64,000 bases of DNA, taken from assembly GCF_021869535.1 (NCBI RefSeq), contig NW_026262637.1, positions 1,736,001 through 1,800,000 of the forward strand, given 5' to 3'. The stretch is from Mytilus californianus. Lineage: Eukaryota. Shown piece after piece: positions 53,080-64,000 of the stretch. The position numbers and the translations under genes are program-made. How positions within the stretch are numbered: position 1 is the stretch's first letter; the number at the start of each line of letters is the position of its first letter. Below the pieces are notes generated by a model that was not told the DNA's origin, did no database searches, and saw only the letters and a list, made by a program, of their open reading frames with translations.

Positions 53080-53760
53080 AAGAATCTATGACAAACAAGA
53101 TGATTTTAATTTTGAAATTATCAATTTCCTCAACTTAGTAGCAATATAACAACTTGACCTGCGTATGGGATATATATTTCCCTAATTATTCGGTATTCAA
53201 GAGCTTAAAGCTGCTACTCAGACTTTGTAAAACGTCACCAGTATCTGAGTAGAAAGTTAATGAACCAGGGGTATGTCAAAGATCGTCTCGTCCTTTTTCA
53301 TAGGAAGGAACCAAGACCTTACTGATAAATATTCCGTATCAACTTCACAAAAAAATACACGATGGACTTGAAGTATAGATTTTAGACACTGACGTTGTTT
53401 ATAATCTTAATAACGTGTTATAGTATTCTTTTGTTTGTCTTTATGCATATTACTTTTACTGTTTATTCTGTTTTGGTGATATTCATTTGACGTTGCTCTG
53501 TACGTATACATCCAGTCATTGTGTTATTGTGCTATGGTAAATTTGTGTATTCTTGTCTTTCATTTTTGCTAATGTACTTTGTTTATATGCCTTGTTGTGT
53601 TTCTTTGTTACATATGACGTGGCTCTGTACTTATACATCCCGTCATTGTGTTATTGTGCTATGGTAGATTTTTGTATTCCTGTCTTTCGTTTTTACTAAT
53701 GTGCTTTGTCTATATGCCTTTTTTATGATTCTTTGTTACATAATTGTTTCTTTTTATAGT
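53080..53760 (+). mobile_element. Another Penelope-like C-terminal fragment with a duplicated ~125-bp 3' unit
   Basis: IYDKQDDFNFEIINFP..AYGIYIS. GTCATTGTGTTATTGTGCTATGGTA repeats at about 53515 and 53641. Confidence 0.6.
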
Positions 53761-54825
53761 GATGAAGGTTATAACACAATAATTTAATGGTGGATGTAAC
53801 ACGTCTTCTAATTGGCTGAAAGTGTTTTGTCTATCAGCTCAAATATAATTTTGTCATTTGACCGTGACGTCACCAACGTTTTTTTTCAAAATTTACTCCT
53901 TAAAAATGGAATTTAGAATTAAATTATAAGGAATGATTCAAACATTTTTTCTGTCTATTCGAAATAACCTAAACAATGTGGTGCACACTTTTTAAATAAC
54001 CCGCTACGCGGGTTATTCAGTGTGCACCACATTTTTGCTGTTATTTCTTCATAGACAGAAAAAATATTACATTTACCTATCATGGTTTTTTGTTTTGTTC
54101 ACACATCGTTGTCAATATTATGCGACTGTCATACAAGTGAGAGGTTTAGCTAGCTGTAAAACCAGGTTTATTCTATCATTTTTACATAAGAAAATGCCTG
54201 TATCAAGTCAGGAATATGATAGTTGTTATCCATTCGTTTGAAGTGTTTGAGCGTTCGGTTTTGCCATTTGATAAGGGACTTTTCGTTTTGAATTTCCCTC
54301 GGAGTTCGGTATTTTTGTAATTTTACTGTTTTGTAAACTGTTGTTTTGTCCTGGCTTTTTTTTTAGCCATGGCGTTGTCATTCTATTTTTGACTTAACAG
54401 TTTGAATGTCCCTTTAGTATCTTTTGCATCTCTTTGACGTCGAATTTCACAATTTCAGTTTTTGTTTTCATTTTTAAAGCTCTATTTTGCAAAACCAACA
54501 TTTTCATTTTGAATACTAAAGTAATGCACTAAAAATAACCATTTTTAAGATGTATACAGTTATTGGAATAAAATTATAAATAAAATCAGACGTATTTTAA
54601 TATGTTTTTAAAATACTCAAATGTACCTTGAAAGAGGGGCGAAAGATACAAGAGGGACATTCTATCTCATAGATCGAAAATAAAATGACAACGCCATGGC
54701 TAAAAAATGAAAAAGACAATTAGACAAATAATAGTACACAAGACACAACATAGAAAACTAAAGCTAATGATTACGAAACTGACAATTATCTGCAATTTAC
54801 AACTAATGGCATATGCAAACTTCTT

Positions 54826-55287
54826 CTAAAGTAGGAATACATGTTTGTTAAGATTTCTAGGAAGAAACAGAAATCGAGCAACGTCATGATTTACACTCAT
54901 AGAATTTTGACTTGCATTTGTAATGATGTATTTTGAAATATACGAAATCACTCTAAATAAATATGAATTTAGGTGTTTGACGCGCTTTTCTTCCTTAACT
55001 TCCTTCAGGAACGATCCACGACAAAAGAATGAAAACCCATGATGTATATGTACCTTAGCAAATAACAAACAACAACAAAAACGCAGAAACTGATCATTTT
55101 CATTGAAAAAAGAACAATGACACAAAATGAATTTTAAAAAACCGGGGTAACAAAGTAAACAGTTTAAAAACAGACGGGGGTCTAATAAAAGGCTAAACCT
55201 TATATTACAGCTCATTTTAACATTGCCGTTACTACCTTCTACACGCGTATGTTTAAATATATATTTGAGGATACAAGCCCTATGCAT
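54826..55287 (-). pseudogene. Antisense intronic ORF, Cys-rich and hydrophobic; possible membrane-protein relic
   Basis: 153-codon ORF in non-repetitive sequence. Protein-like residues continue past the TAG (KKFAYAISCKLQIIVSFV) until a repeat insertion. Product not recognised. Confidence 0.3.
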
Positions 55288-55699
55288 CTTTTGATTGGTG
55301 TTTATTATATTTTCAAATTAGTCATGTTCATAAAATTGTTTACTGACAACGTTAATTGGCATTCATCATTTTACAAATAATCAAAGATGACAAGCTGATA
55401 GTTTTGTACACTGGACGCACGTTTCGTCTACACGAGACTCTTCGAATTCGGTGGCGCTCGTTTAAAATTAGTTGGAAGGCCAACCACGGTGTTGTGAAGC
55501 TATAAAAACCTAAAATAATCTACATCTTGGTGTAGAAACACCTTAGTGTTTCGAACACACTGAATTGTTTGAAAAGCTAACGAACAGTGCTCCAATTGAG
55601 TTTTCTGTACAGTACGACATTTCTAAACGAACTCGATAAAATCTGAAAAATAACTGAAATTATGTTTGTTGTTCAGACGTTTCAGATCATGTTTAGCTC

Positions 55700-56462
55700 A
55701 AAAAAGTAGGGCGAAAGATACCCGAGGGACATTCATACTCATAGATCGAAGAAGGGTAAGCAGATCCTGCTCCACATGTGGCACCCGTCTTGTTGCTCAA
55801 GTTATTACAAACCCGGTTAATAGTCTAATTCGGTAAATCACATTCGTGAAATGGGAACGGGATTGTAGTTATGACATAAGGAATATATCCGATATCATCT
55901 GTGAAACGGATATTCCATGACGGTCAACCAACCCGTGATGGCGTCCGTAAAATTTACGAAGGGATGATTTCAACTTCAACATTTGGAACTCTTTGTTTAA
56001 TAGCTTCCTTGTGAGCAGCAACCCTCTATCAAGGACATCATGATAGGAAATACAAGCCCGATAATATCGTATCAATTGGGAGATATATGCTCCGTATGCA
56101 GGCGCTGCTGGAATTTTGCTACATAGAAATGGAAAGTTCACAATTGGGCAGCTGAAATCATCTCTTTTGTCGTAAAGTATTGTTTTCAAGCGACCCTCAT
56201 TGTCAATATCTAGATGTAAGTCAAGATATGAGGCAGACTTAACTGTATCTGTTGTATCCTTTACCCCTAGTTCGATGGGATAGATGCGTTCAACATAATC
56301 ACCAAATTTTGAATTATTTAGTGAGAGAACATCATCTATGTAGCGGACACTAAAGTTTAAGGATATTGCTAACTTCTTTTCTTTGTTCCTAAAAGTACCT
56401 GTATGGAGTCAGCCTCATAAGAATACAGAACAAGTCGGCAAGAAGAGGGGCACAATTGTGAC
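55700..56462 (-). mobile_element. Penelope-like RT 3' half, 5'-truncated
   Basis: CAPLLADLFLYSYEAD, RYIDD (56331-56342), SYLDLHLDIDNEGRLKTILYDKRDDFSCPIVNFPFL, RKFYGRHH. Confidence 0.85.
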
Positions 56463-57829
56463 TGTTTCAGATTAATGTTTGGGTTGGTTAGCATTCGATA
56501 GCAGTCACTATATTATTGATTAACGACTGTTGCTATTGATAATTTCAAATCTTCATAGCAGTTTGAACTTGAATGCAATGTTTATACGTTCGTTTAAAGT
56601 GTCATTTGTATGCAAGAGTGACATCCATTTGCACTAAATCAAATTCGAACAAGTCTTTCGAATCAATGACTTTTTTAACTGCCTTGAACAGGTTCATTAT
56701 TTCAATTTTACATAATTTGAGTCCACTTTTTTTAGAAACTTAAAACATAATTCAAATGTTGTAGTGACAAATTATGAATGACACCAGCATTAAACATTTG
56801 AACATTTGTTTGAAAGACTTTATCATAGAAAAAACAATACCGACAAAGGAACAAGAGTAATCTAAAATTAATCATCAAGTATGGCTACGGACGCACGAAA
56901 TTTATAAAATGTTGTTTACATTTTTTATGTCTATTTGATTTCCTTTAGATTGCATCATAAAAACTGTTTTTGTTTCCTTCCACTAAACTTTTTTTTAAAC
57001 ATGAGATTATCCTTAAACTTTTTAAAGTTATATTCGTTTTCTGAAATAACTTATCAGTGATATACGTAAAAGACATGACCTGAGACTGTATTCTTTAATG
57101 AATAATAAAACAAGATTAACTATTTGATGAATTTTATGGTGCATTTTGTGTATATCATTTATCAAAATGCAAATTATAGTTTGTCAGATTGTGTGTTAAA
57201 CACAGATTTATCCATATAGATACATATCTCACCTCTGTTAAGTAGTGCAAAATATGTTTCGAATGTGGCTTTCTCTAAGTTCGAAAAATTACACTTCAAA
57301 ATGAGTTTTTTTTTTCTTTTTTCCGTGAGCGGCACTTTCCATTTAAATCAAGAAGTCTTAAGACCAAAGCAAATTATTAGAAAAATATTTTCATAAAAAC
57401 CGATATCGTAAAAAATATATAACAAAAATACAGAACTCCAAGGTAAATTTAAAAAGGAGGAAGTCTATAAAAACTGACAAAATCAAACGTTAGAGTAAGT
57501 CAACATGATTGGTAGGAATGGAAAGCAACTGTCATATTCCTGAATTGGTACTTGGATTTTTAATAAGACAAATGTGGGTTACACTTGGTTGTATAGCTAG
57601 CTAAAGCTCTCATTTGTATAACAGTTGATCATAGTTCCGTTTTTATTGACAAAATTGGGTATGCAACCCAAACAGACATAATACATTTGTAGCTTAATGT
57701 GACTATATTTGGGATCCAGCAGCAAACTGTAAACATACTTCACAGACATACAACACCAAAAACTGAAACTTCCAACATACCACCAAATCTAAAGACGCCA
57801 ACAAAAAAGTTTTGAAGGTTGTTAGTACA

Positions 57830-58430
57830 TACCGTACATAGTTTACATATAGGTTCCCGATAAAGTACAACTTAAGGAAATAATAAAGACAAGGATAAAC
57901 AAAATGAAAACAACATTGTTAAAACCTGTTCCTTCCAGATCACCACTCTGGACCATCCTGATAAAGGAACGTCCAAAGCCCAAAACATATACTTTTATAT
58001 AAAGGATTATCTTTGTGGATTTTTTCGTCTTTGTCAGATTTATTTGTATATGTGCTTGCATTTTGAAATTCAGAAGTAGGTGTAATACCACCATTGATTT
58101 TCCTAAATTGTCCTTTGTTAAATTTGCACTTTTCAAAAAATTTTCAGGAATATATCTTTGTTTCAAATAAAGAAATACTTGGCATGAGTTAAGTTTATTA
58201 TCCTGTCCAGTTCTATAGACAAAATATCACATAACATTTCATTGTATATAAGAAAATAACCATCACTGGAAGTTAACCAATCAAATGTTCACCTTTTTCT
58301 ACCTGTGTACAAGCTTTAGTAACCATGTAACCTCAAGTTTCCAAAATATTCTATAGTAACACCGAATAAAAAATAATGGTGCTTTGAAACAACCAAGATA
58401 TATGTTGATGACCCAGAAATTTTTTACTGC
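57830..58430 (-). pseudogene. Possible two-exon antisense pseudogene fragment of a multipass membrane protein
   Basis: Acceptors TTTCTTTGCAG and TTTGTCTATAG, donors CAG|GTAGAA and CG|GTATGT. One frame reads ..SWLFQSTIIFYSVLL*NILE.. and ..ICFGLWTFLYQDGPEW*..VYPCLYYFLKLYFIGNLYVNY, with several stops. Confidence 0.3.
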
Positions 58431-59864
58431 AAAGAAATGTAGGATTAATTTTCTACAACTGTCAATTTCAAGTGCATATTTTTTTCGACCCTTTTTCGTA
58501 TGCAACCTGATATGACGTATTATGATTTGGTGGTGTAACACCAAGTACCGTATATCTATGATGTATATTTACACAATTTTGACTCCTGTGTACAAAAAAT
58601 GTATCATGAGTACGTCTGTTTTGGTTTATCACTTCATTTTGTCAATATAACTGAATTATTAACAATTGGCATACAAGTTAGAGGTTTATGTTACTAAACA
58701 TCAGGTTTTTTTTCGGAAATGCCTGTAAAAAATCAGAAATACTGCTGTTGTTTTATAATTTATTCCGTCTGTTAATATAGTCGAACGTTTGGCTGGTAAA
58801 TTTAAAGCAGAACCAGCATCAGATCTTTGAATTGGGGTGATAAATTCCCCATTTTAGAATAATTCTTAAAAAAAACGTTTATGCGAACACCGAATGGACT
58901 AGTGATACCATTTGGGATCTTTCATTCAACTACAAAAAGTACTACCTCAGTGGTAGTTATGCTATTAACGGTGTCCTTTTAACTGCATCAGATATGCATT
59001 TCGACTCTTTAATGATGCCTGAGGTCAAATCAAACGTTCAAAAGCTTCTAGAAAAAAAAACATAAGAACAAATGTATATCCAATCATGAACAAAGAATCC
59101 GAGCCTTGCATGTAGGAGATACGTTCCATTATTTTAAATTTTGTTTCTGATTTTTTTACAGCAAATTTCAAATAAACTATATCCGTATATTCATGCAAGA
59201 TAAGTATTGGGTATATTGCAGCATACGAAAAGACAAACAACAGAACACAAATATACAACATGGGGCTTTTCTCATTTTATAAAAAAAACCGGGCTAAACT
59301 CAGGACTCTTACAAGGTATTCAGTCCTTGCTAAAAAAAAAGTGGCACATGATGTGTTAATCTGTAAATTGTTTATTTTCAGAACAATTGTTTAATGCAGA
59401 TAACATGAAACGTCCTTTTTGGTTGGTAACATGTGTTGTCAATTATACGGTTGATGATCTGAATCATTAGGTACAACGTTATGCAAGCGCAGTTGACGTG
59501 TCCGGATAATTCTAATGATTCATTCTAATCTTTTCAAAAAAAATGGTCTCAATTTGTCAACTACAGTATTGTTATTCTTCAATTCAGTATAAGTATCTCG
59601 AAGCTTAACACATTGCCTTTTTTGTGTTTGGTATTCTTAAAATACATATTGTTCTTTTCCGAGTATTATTATACTCCAAATGTCTGCAAACTTTGTGTAA
59701 TGATCCCCAAAGTAACCATTACTTTATTGTCGCTGATATAAACGAAAAATACATAGAATTTGTCATATTCATGGACCTCAATGTATGCTCTCGATTTTAT
59801 ATTCCACTATTTAAGTGTATCATATTTTCATTAACCAGGTTCATAAGTAGCTTTTTTATTTCAG

Positions 59865-60023
59865 GGTCGGTTAGATATTCCATTGATGAGATTAACCACA
59901 CAACAACGATTAATCGAGCTGTACAAGCTGTACCAACAATGATTGATAGAAGCACTACAGCAATTGAAAGTCCAATCAATGAAACTACTGACAATCCAGA
60001 TTGCATCGAAAGAGAAGTTGGCG
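59865..60023 (+). CDS. HEPN-TIR-like gene exon, Thr-rich linker (GSVRYSIDEINHTTTINRAVQAV...EREVG)
   Basis: Acceptor TTTTTTATTTCAG, donor G|GTAACA. 159 nt, phase 1 to phase 1. Confidence 0.6.
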
Positions 60024-61882
60024 GTAACATATAGACAATACTTATTAATAAGTTTGCAAGAAATATATCATGCATTAACATGTCAATCGCACATTTGTTT
60101 GGGTTTCATTTTTAAGATTTTTATGACATTTGAACTTAGCCTGACATAGATGGAAAATACAATGGTTCCAAATGTAATTTTGATAACAAATTTTTACAAA
60201 AATTCTGAATAAAAGAGATATTAGGACAACGATTTCAATAATCTAAATCTATGACTTTCATGTTTTTTTCTAACCGAAACCGTTATCCCACTTCATTTGC
60301 ACTACTATCATATAATGTGTGTTGCTACTAATAACCAAAGTTGACTGTTAAATCCATATGCCGATCATTCATACAACAGCCATTGGTTTAGAGGGGGGAA
60401 AAAAGACTCATCAAAGATGCCAGGCTTATAATTTGATACGCCAGACGTGCATTTCGTATAAAACATGGAATCGTCTAAAAAATGATATCGTCTTCACAAT
60501 TGGCAACGACCAAGTTGTGGCTAAAAAAAATCTCCGAAAATAAAGAGGCTTTTCATTACGTTTGCCAGATGCTCGTTTTATCACAAATAACTCAACAGTG
60601 ACGCTCAAATCAAAAAATTTGAAAAGTGAAATTAAGTACGAAGTTTAAGAAGAATTAAGGGCCCAAATTCATATTTAATTTGCCAAAGACGGCTCAGGTC
60701 ATTTGACATTCATCTATGTATCTAAAATAAAAAGTAGTAAACAAATATTCAATAATTAGGTTATAACTCCATATATAACACAGACGAAAAAACGTTCAAT
60801 ATTCCATCTTAGGTGAATCAGAGGTGTAAGAGAAAAAAAAAGTCTCTATTCGACCAATTATTGAATTTATCAAGGCAAAAAAAAAAGGACAACCTCTAAG
60901 CAAATAAGTTAAAAGAGTCTTTACAACGACACATAGCAAAGCGTTTCTTCAGGTGCTTTTCTTGATTTATCTTAATCAGGAACACTCAAAGCCAAATATT
61001 TGAAAGCCAAGGAAGCATAAATACCAAAACACGTAAAGAAAATAATGACCAAAAGGACATCTAAAAATCAGGCTGCAAAACAAAATACATAGTTCATATA
61101 TTCACAGCATACACAGCATGTATTTTAGGAAGACCAGTTTGACCAAATTTATAAACAAATACTACATTTACAACACAATACTACAAATTTAAACATTTGG
61201 AACAATGTGACTTTAGCATATCTATGGTAGCTGTTTTTCACTTGTTATATTCATTTATAGCGTTTGATTTTGTCAGTTTATGTAGACTTCCCCTTTTTGA
61301 AATCGATTTGGAGTATATTTGCTATACTTTTTACTAGTATAATGTATAGTATGATTTGCAACTTTAGAAACGGTCACCTGCGATGTTTTGAATATATATC
61401 TTTCTTCCTTTGTATATATGGATATAAACGTTTAAGTATTTTGACTCACATATGTTTTACTTTAAAGAGACTTGATAAATTGTTTACCTGTTGCACACAC
61501 TGATATCTTAAAATATGGTAATGTAGGATGATTTTGTCTGTTCTAAATGGTTTACGAATATCTACGATTTCTTCTCTTCACGTCGAACAATGACTAAATT
61601 TCACAGTGAAGCCAACCTCTACCATGCGAGCACTATTTCATTAAGAGTCAATTTTCGGAGATTATCATTGAAGATAATAAAAATAAGATCAGTTGCGTGC
61701 TAACAGTTTTTGAGATACACAATCAAAATGTAAGAATGTTCTTTGCTAGTTAAAATCTAGATTGACATTCTTCAAAATGGAAATTGATTCAGACATTTGT
61801 TTTCACTGTACACGAATACATATCTATATTTTCTTCTTTTGTGTTATTGTAGTACTAATGGTGTATAGTATGAAGATTAAAG

Positions 61883-62326
61883 ATAATGCATTGATTCCAC
61901 CTTCTAAACTGCCATTTTTTCGTACCAATGATGATGACAGCAAAGGGATAACGATAACGAATCTCGATCATACAAATATGGTACTACTGGGATGTTTCGA
62001 TGATGTAGAGTGGGTTGAATCAATATTAACTGTTTGTGAAAGTCTTACACCAATTTGTCAGATACAGAACACAAAAATGACAAAAAAGCTTCTCAACCAA
62101 GTGAAACATATTGTATTTGTTGCTTCTATGTCATCACAAGAATCTTATAATCTAAAACCATTGCTGGAATGTCTCAGTGAGTCTAAACTGTTACCAAAAA
62201 AATTCGTTACAATAAAAAGGGATCACATTATGCTTCCAGATGTGTTGAAAAAATCAAAACAAATCAGTATTAGTGTTGTAGAGAAAGAATGGGTTTCTAA
62301 CGTGATGGATGCTATAGCTATGACAG
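61883..62326 (+). CDS. HEPN-TIR-like gene exon, degenerate TIR-like domain
   Basis: MVLLGCFDDVEWVESIL..E, IVFVAS..S, FVTIK..I.LPDVLK and EWVSNVMDAI follow the TIR beta/alpha pattern. Donor CAG|GTACGT (phase 1). Phase-1 acceptors exist at 61853 and 61883. The next exon was not found. Confidence 0.65.
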
Positions 62327-64000
62327 GTACGTTCTTTGTTCAACTGTATTTTAAAGTATCATTTTAAGATAAGTTAAATGCTTATTTTTTACAATAATTT
62401 ATTGCAAACAAAACGGTTTCATAACCTTTTCTTTGTGAGATACATCCAGATTTACATACTGTACTGGGAAGTTTTCAATTGAACCTTATTATGATCATTA
62501 TTAGGAACTTATGTTGAAATGTGATAATATGTTTCTTGTGATCAGCTAGAATGACAGCTGTAACATTCCAAAATTGCGATAACATTTTCAATGAAAAACA
62601 CTTTGTGAGCACGCCCAGGTACCCTTTGCCCCCACATTGTCACTGAGGCAAAACAAAACTCACCAGATTCTTAGGTTCAAAGACTCAAGACCTAACAAAA
62701 TTTATCTGATTTAATATTTTTGTAAGGTTTCATAGAAGCAGCGATGACCATTTTTTGCATTTATAGAAAAAGAAGGGATATTGGGTATCCACACATTGAC
62801 ATAAATTAGTACATGGACAGCAAAAAACCCACACAATAAGCAAAGGAACAGCGCTTGTATTGCTGTTCTTCATTTTAAAGTCACAATGAGGCCTTCAACA
62901 CGACTGGTGACCTAAGCATTGACAACAACTCGTCTCTACGAAATGTGTTGCCAATTGCACGTAAATCATAAACTGGAAAAGCGACTTTAAAATACTTAAG
63001 GTTAGTTAAATATCATGCGAGACGATGATGCATATAGAGATGTAGATGCTCCTTCCAATAGAATTAATTCTGTGAAGTTGTTCATACAATAATATATAAT
63101 AAGAATTAATGGTTCTTTGAACGGTCGTGTTACTTTTTTCATCGGTGAGCATATTGGTGTGAAGCACTCGTCATACATTCATTGCAAAAGTGTTATTGAA
63201 ACCAGGAACGAAAAGCCTCAATCAATATAGTTGTTGTGTGTATTATACATGATATTAATTGCTTGAAAAAGTATTTTGTTGTTGAGAATTCCCTTCTACT
63301 AAATATGCACTCCAACGACAGTTATAAAAGAGGATATTCTAAACAGTTATCATTCGGTTTTAGTTTCTTTTTTCAAATTTGAAACAAAGATGAAAAACTC
63401 AAATGTTCTTCACTCGGCTAAATACTCCACAAAACCTCTTCCTTTCAAAATTAGTAAAATCTACATGTATTTCATCAGCAATCAAAACCGGGTTTAAAAG
63501 CTACTGTATAACTACCTGCTCTAACGCAAGGGAGAGTTAACCAGACGTGGATACTAAAAAATCATATGATCTGCTAGAGTATATACAACGAATGCAAATT
63601 TTAAAAACAATTTACACATCAAAATATAAACAATCTACTTAAATCGGGACTGTTGCGATAAAAGTCATAAGCACAAATTGAAATTGGGGACTACCAATGT
63701 TTTAAAAAAAGAGAAAAGATACGAAAAATCCTACAAAAAGGGTAATAAATCCTGGTGCTCTGGAAGGGTGAGCAGTTCTTCCTTACATTTGACATTTGGG
63801 TCATTCTTTTCTACCTGATTTACAATTCTGTGTTTCCGTAAATCCCGGTATGACTTGGCACCCATAGAAATAAGAACAAATATGTAGTGTTTTCCTATAA
63901 TAGAAGATCAACTAAAGCTATTGTAAAGAATTATTATGACGCGTAAATATCCCTTTGATTAGATTTATTGGCCGTGTCCCTTTCGTGGGTTGTTCGCCGT

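Noticed and set aside
59381-59426. Possible extra exon of the HEPN gene
   Set aside because: Good acceptor, but the available donors do not give phase 1 and the frame ends at a stop.

Overview
AT-rich, intron- and repeat-rich animal genomic DNA. The repeat families and gene types look like those of a bivalve mollusc, probably Mytilus; this is an inference from remembered repeat families, not a database result. Two spliced + strand genes can be assembled by hand with GT-AG boundaries and matching phases. (1) The last six exons (557-5951) of a gene ending in an EF-hand-like linker plus SH2 domain, resembling the Cbl/STAT/Shk module. (2) A gene of at least 36 kb (26133 to beyond 62326) encoding a DZIP3-like HEPN domain with an intact RNxxxH motif, a helical segment, an unnamed alpha/beta domain and a degenerate TIR-like domain, i.e. 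a candidate innate-immune nuclease/adaptor fusion. One intron (35916-46633) holds a four-level nest: a short dispersed repeat split by a 5'-truncated L1/Tx1 LINE (poly-A tail, 13-17 bp TSD); inside the LINE, a Ngaro-type tyrosine-recombinase retroelement with split direct repeats and relic gag, YR and SGNH-hydrolase ORFs but no RT; inside that, two further insertions. Also present: an IS3EU-like fold-back element with a 6-bp TSD, many Penelope-like RT fragments, a tRNA-derived SINE, MITE-like repeats, local duplications and possible antisense membrane-protein pseudogene fragments. No rRNA, tRNA or CRISPR features are supported. Coordinates were read by eye; repeat boundaries are approximate unless a TSD is given.
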